Positions 40,149 to 51,508 of a DNA stretch of 64,000 nucleotides are shown here, piece by piece. Location of the stretch: IMG/VR virus record IMGVR_UViG_3300036828_000547, positions 14,661 through 78,660 of that record; one strand, 5' to 3'. The stretch is from a virus. A program made the position numbers and the translations under genes. Positions within the stretch are counted from its first letter, which is position 1, and each line of letters begins with the position of its first letter. The notes beneath the pieces are model-generated. The model did not search any database. It had not been told where the DNA came from and saw only the letters and a program-made list of their open reading frames with translations.

Positions 40149-40706
40149 TTATTTGATCTTAATCTCATCAAACACAAATACTCCTAGAAGGTCCATAGGA
40201 ATTTGATGTCCTTTGAGTATCTCGGATTTTACAAACGCCTTCAATGTCATGTGATGTACAGACTCGTTTGTGTAGTATTGGACTTTGGCATCACTCAATA
40301 TTTTCATAACTCGTAAACGCTCTTCATGCTCCTGCATTCCGAAGAAGATATTAATGACTGACTTGACCAAGTCACCATGGTCATTCTGCTCTAACCATTC
40401 AAATGCTGCTTGGCGCTTGTCTTCAGGAATCTTTGCATTGTAAACCGTCCCTCGTTCGGCTACGAATGCTGGATGGTTCCCCGTCGCCTCTACGGTAACA
40501 CTGGAAATACGAGCTTGAGTAAACATTTCCGGCAGTTCTTCGCGCTCGATTTTCTTAATGTTGTTTTCTACGAGCTTAACTTGATTCTCCAGATCAGTTT
40601 TCTTGAGGTACGCATCACGCAATTCTGAAGCACGCTTCCGAATTGTGTTGAGGTCCACCGGCTTTTCGTAGCCTTCGAGAAGGTCTAATGCTTCTTGATC
40701 AGTCAT
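40149..40706 (-). CDS. Conserved phage replication-module protein
   Basis: Coiled-coil, then AFEWL...HGDLVK and VHHMTLKAFVK; start reassigned to MTDQE. Confidence 0.55.
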   Translation of the reverse strand: MTDQEALDLLEGYEKPVDLNTIRKRASELRDAYLKKTDLENQVKLVENNIKKIEREELPEMFTQARISSVTVEATGNHPAFVAERGTVYNAKIPEDKRQAAFEWLEQNDHGDLVKSVINIFFGMQEHEERLRVMKILSDAKVQYYTNESVHHMTLKAFVKSEILKGHQIPMDLLGVFVFDEIKIK

Positions 40707-40888
40707 TGGGTTGCTCCTGATAGAAAAGATGCGTGGGTTTGCTTTGCAACATTGCATCGCTTCTGGTGTCCTTGGACCGACTACGACATTGCCCTCTAAC
40801 TAGAAACGGCAGGACACCTTTCATTTGAGCAGAGCCTACTTCTGGCTTTGCCGAATCCGACGCCCACGCTCGCCGAACAGGTTACTTT

Positions 40889-41122
40889 CTAGCGAGGGAA
40901 CTCGGTTGTTGACATTGAAAGCGCGGGCCACGCACTTTCTACAAGCTGATACAAGCCACGCTGAAGGCGTATCACCTTACCAGCTTCGATCAGTACTTGC
41001 AGCTCCGCAGCCATCTTGAAGCACTCACCTTTGGAAAAGTTTTCCATTTTACCGAGCACCAGAGCACTGCGGCAAAACTCTACCCAACGAAACGTATTAG
41101 CTGGTCGTAAGCTATGTATCAT
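40889..41122 (-). CDS. Small hypothetical protein, possibly winged-helix
   Basis: 77 aa; AGGAG RBS; upstream TTGTAA-17-TATAAT promoter. Confidence 0.5.
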   Translation of the reverse strand: MIHSLRPANTFRWVEFCRSALVLGKMENFSKGECFKMAAELQVLIEAGKVIRLQRGLYQLVESAWPALSMSTTEFPR

Positions 41123-41213
41123 CTTATTTCTCCTATGGGCGCTGAATGCGCTACTTTGTAAAGCATTATACCCCCAAAACCCATGAATTACAAGGGGTTA
41201 GCTGTGGATCTGG

Positions 41214-42363
41214 TTATGCGTCTTCCTTACCCTCATCCTCATCATCATCGTCATCACCATCAGTCTCAAACCAAGATATGAATTCCTCGAAAGCTGTCTC
41301 TAGTCTTTCATTTGCAACAAGAGCCTGTCTTATTGCATCTCGCTTTATGGTCCAACGTTGGCTGTCATCGTCCACCACATCTGCGATGAGGTCAAGCAGT
41401 ATCCCTATTTTACCCATGCTTATCTCCATTGAGTTTACTAGTGTCGATTAGCTACCCGTAGAAAGTCATCTTCTGCTAATTCAATCATAACTTTCTGCGT
41501 TAACAAGTGATCAAAGTGTGGCACCATACCGTGTGGAGCATGGGCACAGAGTCGATGGTTCTTACCAAGTACGTCGATATTACCTGATATGCTACTCCCA
41601 TTAATGCGATACTTCTGCTTGGTCCTACCTCCTTCGACAATAAACCAACCATTTTCATTAAACGTCTTACGTTGTTCTGCTGTTAAATGTGACAGCAGTA
41701 GTTCTTTGGCTCTATTATTGGCCGTCCTAAGTAGTTCCTGTTCTATTGCCCGAGCGGCTTCTCGCTCAGCTTGCCGCGCCGCGCTGGCAATACGGTCTTC
41801 TTCCCTTTCATGCTGGTCAGACAGCCTGCGGATGATAGCCGGGGTGTAGGGAACAAACTGTGATACCAGTTGAGGCACCACCATCATCTGTTCTTCCATA
41901 TTGGAAAGACCGTACCATAACCGAGGAATAGTACTCGTTGTTTGATTTATGGTTGGATAGATGATAGGAGTCGCAAGAGTGGTCGCAACAGGTGATATCC
42001 ACTGTGGCCATGTTGGCAATGTGCTTGATATCCACTGTGGCCATGTCGGCAATGTGCGAGGGTACGAACGGACCTGATACATTGGAACCATGTCTAGCCG
42101 CCACGCAACTGAGGCACGAACATAACCTTGGAGGCTTTGGGGTCAAAGGTATCCATCCGTGATCCCTGCCCTCCAGAACCAGTCATATTGAATGCCCGAT
42201 AGCCCTTCCCGATCATATCATCAAAGGTGCTTTCGGCCGCTTCGACTTCGACTTCAACAGCCGGGTCCCATGTCACGCTAGTATGACCAGTGTGATCTAA
42301 CTTAATAGTTTCATGCCTCATGAATCTACTCCATTGGTTTCTACAACTATAATGGTGCCACAA
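41214..42363 (-). CDS. Three small hypothetical genes (41214-41429, 41438-42091, 42094-~42321)
   Basis: Contiguous minus-strand ORFs. 41438-42091 carries a 33-nt tandem duplication. Confidence 0.5.
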
Positions 42364-42390
42364 ACAATTATGAATGTAAAGTAAATTTAC

Positions 42391-42419
42391 TTGTAACTTT
42401 TATGTGATTATGTTACAAT
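42391..42419 (+). promoter_or_regulatory. Sigma70-type promoter at a divergent strand switch
   Basis: TTGTAA-17-TACAAT with an extended TG, next to a GTAAAGTAAATTTAC near-palindrome. Confidence 0.6.
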
Positions 42420-42448
42420 GGCTTACGGGTGACTCATGCAGGTGACTC

Positions 42449-43275
42449 ATGGGCAAAATTTATGAAATCAAAACTGGACAACGAAGAAGGGTGGGTCGCA
42501 CAGAGTTCATCGGAATGTTAGAAACTGCTGAAAAATACATTGGACAGCTAAACTTTAAGAATTCTAATGAAGCAATAGATATTATTACCACCATGAAATG
42601 GAATGGAATGTTTAGTCCAAAATTTCGTGACGCCAATACCGAACCGTTGGAAGAATTGCTTGACGATCTCTACCTTAAACTTAACGAAGAAGGGGATGGT
42701 GCATGAACACGCTTAAAAAGTTGTGGATGCGCCTATTCCATAGGCATAGTTACGAAATGGTGTTTGAAGGAGATGAGCTAAACTTCAAACTCATTTGCCG
42801 GTGTGGTGACATTGCCGCAGACTTTACCGAGGCCCTTGCAAAGATGGAGAATGTAGTAAAAGAAAACGAAAGGAAGAATTATGAGTTACTTCGCATGGGT
42901 GAGGGGACACCAACCTTGGTCCCCGGTGATGATATCCCCTCAGATCATCTGGGACGAAAAGATGGCTGACTACGTTAAATCGCAAGGGCACCTGGACGTA
43001 GCCCAGAAGCATCAGTTAACAGAAGAAGAGGAAAAGCTCACATTAGACCAACTTGCGGCAAAGTATCCATTCAAATGATTAGATTTCTAATAAGCTGCTT
43101 TCACCGTCTAAACCGCAGAACAGACATGCAAATACTCTGGCCTGCGTGTAAGGAACACGCTGGCGACCTAGATCATGCTAAAGCTGCATTCTTCCTTCAC
43201 GTATCCAACGACCCAGCGTGGACAGACCACTACTCACACGGGGAGCTTATTAACTTCGTAGGATCGCTTAAATGA
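42449..43275 (+). CDS. Cluster of small hypothetical genes
   Basis: Overlapping ORFs 42449-42706, 42703-42969, ~42962-43078 and 43075-43275, several with ATGA coupling. Confidence 0.5.
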
Positions 43276-43364
43276 GGGGAATCCTAGGAGACGATCTTGG
43301 GGGCAAAACCGCCTCCTAGGTCCACTACACAGAAGGTGTGAGACCTCTGCGTAATGTCTGATTA

Positions 43365-43733
43365 TTAGGGTCTAACGTTGGTGAATCCAATACCGACGCC
43401 AGCGCCCACATTGTTCGACAGACCACCCGAAACCGCAGCACCGTTACCGATGCTGAGAGCACCGGACGCGGCGTTGCTCTGACCTGCGGAAGCACCGACC
43501 GCAGACGAGAGGCTACCAGCCGGGGAGTTCGCGGCAATGCCAGCACCAAGAGAGGTGTTGGTTCCGGTCGCAATTGAACCAGCCGCAGCCGATCCAGTTG
43601 AGGCCGCACCAGTCGCGGTCTGTACGTGACCGAAGTTAAACCCCGTGCCAATGGCAACGGTCGATCCAGCCTGAGCCGGACTGACCGCAGCAATAAGAAC
43701 GAGCAAAGATACAGACGCCAATAGCTTCTTCAT
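43365..43733 (-). CDS. Secreted Gly/Ala/Ser-rich protein
   Basis: Signal peptide MKKLLASVSLLVLIAAVSPAQA; low-complexity mature part; AGGAG RBS. Confidence 0.65.
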   Translation of the reverse strand: MKKLLASVSLLVLIAAVSPAQAGSTVAIGTGFNFGHVQTATGAASTGSAAAGSIATGTNTSLGAGIAANSPAGSLSSAVGASAGQSNAASGALSIGNGAAVSGGLSNNVGAGVGIGFTNVRP

Positions 43734-43761
43734 GTGGGGACTCCTAATGCTGCCAGAAAGA

Positions 43762-44439
43762 TTAATGTGCCCAGACACGGCAGCGTTGCTTGGGACCATC
43801 ATAGTCGTTGCACAGCCGATCCTTTCCGGTTGTGCCTTCGACTAACCAGATTTGACCACCCTTGAGTTCCTGATTGAATGTGGCTCTGAAGTTGTCCATT
43901 AAGTTGTTGGACTTCTCAGCACTAGCGGTGCTGAGAACAACTGGCTGCGGTTGCGCCTGTGGAAGATAGCGCCAGCACACCTCAGGCATGGCCCGGTATA
44001 TGTCTGTATTCAGACATAGACGGGCAACAGCGGCCTTTTTGAGCCCGAAGGACCATAAAGTACGAGCGTCCAAACGAGCCGCGCATCCCGGATCAGGGAT
44101 GGTTGTACCGAAGCTGAAGCCAGTCCCGACGAATGCGCCGCCTCCGGAAACGGAGCCGAGGCACGTTTCCAGACCCGCTGCTGCAAGTCCAGGAGCGAAT
44201 TCGGTGGGAACGTTTTTTATGGTTTGAGTCGCTGGAATAGTTGTGCCAGCGTTGACGACTGTAGTCGTTTTAACGGCCCCGACTCCGGTCCCCCCTTGAC
44301 CAGATATGGCAACAGCCTTGGAGGCTGAATTAGAGTTAGCAGTGCCGGTTCCGGTGCCAATCGCTGTTGTTGTTTGTGCCATAGCAGAAGTAGAGACTCC
44401 ACACATAGCTATGATGGAAGCCACGACTAATGGTTTCAT
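43762..44439 (-). CDS. Secreted Cys-containing protein
   Basis: Signal peptide MKPLVVASIIAMCGVSTSAMA; CLGSVSGG..GFSFG...C..RL.AR.L...LC core. Confidence 0.65.
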   Translation of the reverse strand: MKPLVVASIIAMCGVSTSAMAQTTTAIGTGTGTANSNSASKAVAISGQGGTGVGAVKTTTVVNAGTTIPATQTIKNVPTEFAPGLAAAGLETCLGSVSGGGAFVGTGFSFGTTIPDPGCAARLDARTLWSFGLKKAAVARLCLNTDIYRAMPEVCWRYLPQAQPQPVVLSTASAEKSNNLMDNFRATFNQELKGGQIWLVEGTTGKDRLCNDYDGPKQRCRVWAH

Positions 44440-44568
44440 GATTGTTCCCCAAGATGGTTAGGAGGCACCCCCGCCCCGAAGGTAACATGATGGCACAAAT
44501 AGGGCCATAAAGCAATAGTGAATATGGACTAAAGCTATTTTATGGCTGGAGTGTGGTATTGATGCCAC

Positions 44569-46156
44569 TTATTCACCGAATTCGCTATGATACATCAGTT
44601 CGGCATCATCATCTTTTACGAGGACTCCTCCTTTGACTTTGTCAAACACAAACTTCCCGCACTCAGGGCAATAGTTTGGGAAGCGTGGATTGACCCAGCA
44701 CGCCAGGAAGTTACAGCACGGCATCTGGATCAATCTAAATACCACTCGCTGAGTTGTCTTCATCGTTGGGATTTTCCTTGCCATTGAGGCCACCCTTTTC
44801 AAGCCAAGCTTCGTATCGTTCTGCACTACCCCAACAGTCATGAGGAGCGTAGTTATACAGAAACTTGACGTAATTGGGAAGTATCGTTATATTAATGTTG
44901 TCAGCACGTTCGACCGCTCCAGTAAGATCGTTCCTAAAAACAGCCCGAAGAAAGTCCCCCGGTTGAATACCATCTTCAATGTATCTCCTCAACCCTCCTA
45001 TCATGTACTCTGGAATAAGGGTCCAGTCTATATCTTGACCAATCGTGTAATCAATCGGGTGTGGATAGGTCTTTTCTGCGGGGTATCTCATGGCTGTTCC
45101 TCCGTATCATCAGGGTTAACGAATCCATCATCCTCATCATCTTCGACAGCACGGTGGAAATGTTCATCATTTAGCCCTGTCATCAGCATTTCACGATTTA
45201 CCGGTGATAAGCTAGGAAGAACGTCTTGAATCAGCATACCATCCAGCCACATCTGATAGCCGATGTATTGCTCGGCCGTTAGCCTGACGATAGCCGTCGG
45301 TGGATTTTTGAAGAACGCGCGTGGCGGGGTGACTTCAATAATGAAGGTACCATCGCTCTGAGGTTTCACTACACGTGTCGGGCCAAAGCCCAGATTATCG
45401 ATTGGTTTGATCATCTTAGTTAATCCTCCGGTTCGATTGGCTCATCTGCCCAATAGTTGGGGTCCTCCAAGACATCCTTACGGTACTTGGACATCTGCTT
45501 GTCATGGCAGTTTTCGCACGTGCGGCATAGTTCTATGCCCCTTGCATCGAACTGCCATTTACTTTCTTTCCCTGAACCGCAGGGACATAGCCTTATCCTT
45601 GCCATTACTCAGCCGCCTCAAGAACAGGGACACCCAGCACTTCGTCAACTAACTTGCCGGTGATAATAGCCTTGAGCAATTGCTGCATAAGGATTCTCAT
45701 GTCCATACCCTTGGCACGGGCTTTCTTATCGTATACCATCAGAACATCAGGGCCAAGGTGGAGCTTAACGTGTTGAGCTTTGCTGAAATACAAAGCCTTC
45801 TCATATGTCATTGGCTCGTGTTTCATATCCAATGTGCGTAGGGTGATACCACGACGGCAGCATTGAACCTGGAGTGTCTGGGGTGTACAGCCAAAGTATG
45901 CTGCGATCTGATGCTTGTTCCAGCCATCAGCAATCAGCTCAGGAATCCATGCGTAGTGCTCTGGCATTAATACTTTCTTGCCGTTCATAGCTTTTGGTTC
46001 CTGTTGTTCCATAAGTTTGAGTAATTTTTCATGATCGTGCTCAATTCGCCAGAGCATGAAATTACGCGCCTTGATTTGTATATCAAGGCGCTTAATCTCT
46101 GACTGCATTATGAACCATCCTCTATCGCTTATCTCGTGCTTATGCACGCAACACAA
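44569..46156 (-). CDS. Cluster of small hypothetical genes (Zn-ribbon ORFs; HTH protein 45605-~46108)
   Basis: ORFs ~44569-44760, 44735-45091, 45088-45414, 45420-45605 (CPCGSG SEC-C-like) and 45605-46156 (WNKHQIAAYFGCTPQTL HTH). Confidence 0.5.
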
Positions 46157-46276
46157 TATACTTTACAAAATGTGGACGCGCAAGTGTGATTGTGTAAAGT
46201 TCACTGTTGTAATCACGGGCAATACACTTTACTATTACATGGTGCAATTAGAACGGGTAAGAGGAGTTTCTTGGCG

Positions 46277-48099
46277 ATGAGATATATCACAAACTATGGT
46301 GTGCAAATCACACTATTGCATCCTAATTGCACGCTTGAGCATCTTGGCTTCCTTCCAGGATGGCTGGATGAAAATGACCCGACACCGGCTAAGGAGCAAT
46401 TGGGTCGGAACTATATGCATGGTGGTGGATGGAGGCCATTCACTGGATTTAAAATGATAAGAGAGTTCTGCTTAAAGTTTCCTGGTGATCCTATACTCAG
46501 GCCAATCGCACAATTCAAACTGCATAATGAATTTATATTCATGTACGACCATGCATGGGTATCGATCGTACAGCCAGATAAGACGTTTGAAGTATGCAGA
46601 ATGGATTAATAAAAACTGTAATCGTTGTGACGGTTCTTGGGTTTGGAATCGTTGCCTTTGGCGCAGCGGTAGAAGAGACTATACGACAATGGCAGCAGCA
46701 GAATGCTCCAGAAGAAGGTCAGACCAGTACCCCTAAAAGCGATCGGGAAAAGATAACAGCCAGAATTGAGTCAGTTGTACCAAAGAACACTGCTCCGATA
46801 CCGGAACCTATGCCGGAGCCAGTAATCGTTAAGGTTGAAGAGGCTAATAAGATTGACCTAAAGCAAGCAGCCGAAGAACGGCATACAAAGAAACCAAAGA
46901 ATATTTGTGAACGAGGAGGAGGACGTAAGGAAATCTACAGAAGGGGTAGATCATGGCGGTGCATCTATGAGCACAAACCGTAAAGTCTTGGAGTACAAAT
47001 CATAAACATTGAAGGATAACAGAATCATGAGAGAACTAAATGAGCGTATAAAGAATATCCCGATCCCGGATAGACTGCGTAAGCTGTTAATCGATGATCG
47101 TGGTTTTCCAATTCCAAAGTTTGTGCCATATGTGGACGGCAAGCCTGAGTTTCGTGGCATGGACGGCCCACATCTCAAAATGTGTGTAAGATTGAAACGA
47201 TGTTGGGTGTGTGGTCAGCCACTCGGGGTTCATATGACATTCGTCATTGGGCCAATGTGTGCGGTCAATCGTGTTAGTTCAGAGCCTCCAAGTCATAATT
47301 CTTGTGGCAAGTACGCCGCTCTAGCATGTCCGTTTCTGACACAACCAAGAATGCGCCGAAATGAAAAGGATATGCCACTGGAAAAAGGTGAAGTTGCTGG
47401 AATTATGATAAAGCGAAACCCCGGTGTAGCCCTCTTGTGGACTACACGGTCTTATAAGATAATGAAAACACCAACCGGACCATTATTCAGAATAGGAGAC
47501 CCAGAGCAGATAGAGTTCTATGCAGAAGGACGTCAGGCCACTCGCGAGGAAATAATGACCTCAATTGAAAGTGGTATGCCAATTCTACGGGATATGGCGA
47601 AAGAAGATGGTCCTGAAGCCGAGAAACAACTACAGCAACAGTATCATGATGCAATGGAACTGGTGCCAGCATGAGTATACTTATCATAGGACCTGAAGAG
47701 CAAGAAGCAATCCGTGTTGCAATTGCAATGGCACGAAGCAATCCTGTTCCGTGGGAAGTTATGCAAAGCATTGCTGACCCGACACCTACGTCAACTCTAC
47801 GTATGGATCAAGAAAAACAAAAAATTGTGGATGATGTCTACAAGCAATATCCATCACAAAGCTTGACTTTGGGAAACTGCCGGGTGGCATTCAGTTTCGA
47901 ATATCAACCAGCAGGGTTGTTCAGGCACTTATCTGTATCGGTACAGAGGAAAAGAAAAGTTCCTCATTACGAGGTTGTGAAGATGCTTGCTCTAGAGTTT
48001 GGATTTTCTAGCTTTCCGCCAGAACGTCCGTTCAGAATCTGGAACGAAGAATATGAAAAAGACCACTTTGCCGTGAATATAATTGAGATAGAACCATAA
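46277..48099 (+). CDS. Operon of four hypothetical genes (46277-46609, 46594-46983 membrane-anchored, 47009-47674, 47671-48099)
   Basis: Closely packed ORFs with RBSs. 47009-47674 has CWVCG...H..C...CPFL metal-binding residues. Confidence 0.55.
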
Positions 48100-48198
48100 A
48101 ATCCCTGTGTATAACTAATTTGAATGCTTGCCATTCTTGGGGCCGTATTGTAAAGTAATATTGCCCCAAGTAGGGGTGATTGAGCAAGGTGGAGGGTT

Positions 48199-50177
48199 AT
48201 GGATAGGGAAGGACTAGGCAAGCTTGAATTGCTTGTTAATGAGTATGGACTAACCGGTGTGTTGTCAGGGCTTTCATATATTTGTGGTGAGAAATCGCAG
48301 CACATTGCAGCACACTGGCAAGATGAGGATTTGTCCAATTTGTGGATGGGCCATGCGGCCAGATTGGACAGGGTGGCAGCTCGCATAGAAAGCAGGGGAA
48401 ATGGAAGACTTGGTGAAACGAAACAATGATCGACTGAAACTGCTCAATGACTTAGAGGAAGCACTAGAGCGGTTCAATGCACTAGAGGCATATCTTAACA
48501 TAGATACAAGTGAAGATAGGGCCGAACTACGCATGGTTATGATGCGTATTCAAAAATGGCGAGGGGTTGGGGAGCATTAGCTCCCCTTCTTGCTTTTAAT
48601 CAAGGGGAAACAATGGTCGCAAGTCATACAACTGTAGAGCAGATTGTTAAGATTATGCTCAAGTACATGAATAAAAAGGATGCTCTTCGAATGGCAAGGG
48701 AAATCCACAACCACGTCAAGGGCAATCAAAGCGTGACCCATACATTCCATAGGATTGTACAGGAACTTGTGGAAATGGATGGGGATTTAGTAAGTGTGAT
48801 CAATCGAGTAATAAATAGGGAGAGTGGTGAGTATGAGTAGAAACATATTTGGGTGGTCTCTACCTCCCGGTGTTACCAACAAGATGATCGACGAGGCTGC
48901 TGGAATGGACCAGCCTTGTGCGGTCTGTTGTATGGATGTCGCAGACTGCTGTTGTCCAGAGTGTCCGAACTGCGGGGAGCAGGGAAATCCAAAGTGTTAC
49001 AAGGAACATGGGCTCAAGCTCAATAAAGAACAGGTTACTAACCGGGTGAACTGTCGTATCTTTCAGCTAAATCTACAAATTGCTGATGAACAGCAATATC
49101 TTGGATACCTCGCAATAACAGGGCAAACGGAATGGGATATAAGCGAAACTCGAGATCCTTTTGGTTAGGAGGGTACAATGAAATGGAAGAAGCGCCTAGA
49201 GGAATTAATTAGACTACGCGCCAAGCATGGCCGGGATAGGCACTTGGCACGAAGCTTCCCCAACCTCAAGGTGGAGCAGCGTACCGCGCCCACATCAGAC
49301 AGGATGGGTCCTCCGCCATTGCTGAGTAAAGAACAGCTAACAGCGATCCTTGGGCCAAACTTTGTTATCAGTCACTTACACAAGTCTGGATATCAGGTGC
49401 TACTGAAGGACGAAGCACCGTACTTTGGGAAGAAGCCATAGCGTGACTCTATACAACCTTAAATCGACACCAGACGGCTACCGGATGGTTAAGTTCGATG
49501 ATTATCTGAACGTCGAAGCTGTATATGAAATACTGTTCCGACGTGGCAGGTTCTATTGCGATTGTCCACAAGGCCAGAAAGCACCGACTTGTAAGCATAG
49601 GGATATGGTCCCTGTATTCTGTAGTAAGAGAGCAGTCAACAGCGGGAGGTTTTATTGTCAAGAAACTGGGGAGTGGGAATCGAAGATAGAATGCTAAAAC
49701 GAGCCTATATCCAGATCCCATATGCAGAGCTATCCAAACTTCTGTTTGGTGATAGTGGAATTGCTATCTTTCGGGTGGAAAAAGATGTCCCGGGGCCTAA
49801 TGGATACATCGAGTTTATCGCCTACGGCAGTCATAATTCTAATATCGAGCGTGGGGCAACTTATCGTTTAGAAGTTGGCAACAAGGTGAAGAAATTACAT
49901 GATTAGAAAACATGACTACAGATACGACGTGGATTACACCCGGCAAGTGGTATTGCCGATACGAGATATGTACGATAAGGGGGAAATTTACTGTCAGGTC
50001 ATTGTATATGGCTGGACAACCAAAGAAGCTCTTATAATACCGGGAGGGAGCGACCCTTTCCTCCATGCGGTTAAACGACTTGGGTTAGATCCAGTTCGAT
50101 ATCAAGCCGTAATATGGGATATCAATCTGACACCACGAGATAAACTAAGGAATGAGATCTTCAAAGGATTAACATAA
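48199..50177 (+). CDS. Operon of small hypothetical genes including a SWIM Zn-finger (49425-49697) and a Cys-rich ORF (48824-49168)
   Basis: YCDCPQ....TCKH SWIM pattern; upstream promoter TTGCCA-17-TAAAGT. Confidence 0.5.
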
Positions 50178-50203
50178 TTCTCTGCTAGTTGCTACCAATC
50201 TGC

Positions 50204-50240
50204 TTGCGCTTCATGTTACTGTATTGGTAAAGTAATGTGC
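50204..50240 (+). promoter_or_regulatory. Promoter with overlapping GTAAAG operator-like motif, upstream of the repeat-array operon
   Basis: TTGCGC-18-TAAAGT; GTAAAGTAATGTGC; shares AATCTGCTTGCGCTTC with the promoter at 52663-52705. Confidence 0.55.
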
Positions 50241-50344
50241 AATTAGGGCTAAGGAGCTTCTAATAGCGGCCGGTGGTGATTAGGATAGAGCGTGGCTAAT
50301 TCCTTATGGTCACCACCGGTTTCCATTTGCAACGGGGGATACTG

Positions 50345-50575
50345 ATGGCTATTCGGGTAGGCTCAGGTAAAAAGATTCCACAGGTAAGGTGTCTAAACTG
50401 TGCCGACCCGTTTAGTTCAGTGTCTAACGTAGAGGGTGAAGCAGCTCCATGTGAAGGAGCATACGTGGTCTGCTCTAAGTGTGGGCATATCATGGGCTTC
50501 GATAAGTCCCTCCAGCTTCGCAGCCTAGACAATGCTGATCTCCAACTTATAGCTAGAAGGTTAAGAAATAAATGA
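50345..50575 (+). CDS. Zn-ribbon protein
   Basis: CLNC...CSKC; GGGGA RBS before MAIRVG; its stop abuts the array. Confidence 0.55.
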   Translation: MAIRVGSGKKIPQVRCLNCADPFSSVSNVEGEAAPCEGAYVVCSKCGHIMGFDKSLQLRSLDNADLQLIARRLRNK

Positions 50576-51480
50576 TCAGCGTGGCGTGGCGTGGTCCAGC
50601 GTGGCTCGGTCCGGTGTGGCACGGTTTGGCTGGGCAAGGCACGGCTTGGCAGAGCTCGGCAAGTCAAGTCAGGGCTTGGCGTGGCTCGGCGGGGCGGGGC
50701 GAGGCACGGCTAGTCATGGCTAGGCACGGCTTGGCGAGGCACGGTTTGGCTGGGCAAGTCTGGGCACGGCTAGTCATGGTTAGGCTTGTCATGGCGTGTC
50801 CCGGCTAGGCGTGTCCCGGCTAGGCATGGCGAAGCGAGGCGTGTCCCGGCTAGGCGAGGCAAGGCTGGGCTCGGCACGGCTAGCCAGAGCGAGGCGAGGT
50901 ATGACGTGGCTAGACATATTATCTAGCTTCGCCATGGCTCTAGGCGCGGCAAGACTCGGTCCGGCGTGTCATGGCAGGGCTAGGCGAGGCAAGGCCCGGT
51001 CCGGTGAGGCATGGCGTGGCGGGTCGGGGCGAGGCGAGGCAAGGCAGGTCTGGGCGAGGCACGGCAGGTCTAGGCTCGGCAAGGCAGGTCTGGGTTCGGC
51101 GTGGCATGGTGAGGCGAGGCAAGGCAGGTCTAGGCTCGGCTCGGCTCGGTCTGGCATGTCTTGGCTAGGCGCGGCATGTCTTGGCTAGGCTTGGCAAGGC
51201 GCGGCTTGGTCTGGCTTGGCTCGGTGGGGCGTGGCAAGACGTGGCAAGACGTGGCAAGGCGAGGCGGGGTATGGCGAGGCTTGGTGCGTCTAGGCGAGGC
51301 GAGGCGTGGCTCGGCTCGGCATGGCAGAGCAAGGCGCGGCGAAGCGCGGCAAGGCTCGGCTGGGCGCGGCGTGGCAGGGTATGGCGAGGCTTGGTGCGTC
51401 AAGGCGTGGCTCAGCGTGGCTAGGCTCGGTCTGGCATGGCAAGACTAGGCAGGGCTCGGCAGGTCCAGGCAAGGCATGGT
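50576..51480 (+). repeat. Pentameric (NN-GGY)n array, probable non-coding guide-like RNA
   Basis: Two blocks in one unbroken 5-nt register: 50576-50915 (68 units) and 50941-51480 (108 units). By hand count about 141 of 176 triplets are GGC/GGT; the rest are single-substitution variants (GTC, AGC, GAC, GCC). The dinucleotides are highly variable. Confidence 0.9.
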
Positions 51481-51508
51481 AAAACTCTTTTAACAGAAAG
51501 GATAAAAA

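Noticed and set aside
50572-51472. Arg/Gly/Ala-rich ORFs on both strands across the pentamer array
   Set aside because: Shadow ORFs of a 5-nt periodic repeat: all frames give similar low-complexity peptides, and conservation follows period 5, not codons.
50576-51480. Canonical CRISPR array or simple microsatellite
   Set aside because: There are no 25-45-nt repeats with unique spacers. Unlike a microsatellite, two positions in each unit are hypervariable while the register is strictly kept. A two-tier G-quadruplex role cannot be excluded but does not explain the adjacent RAMP-like gene.
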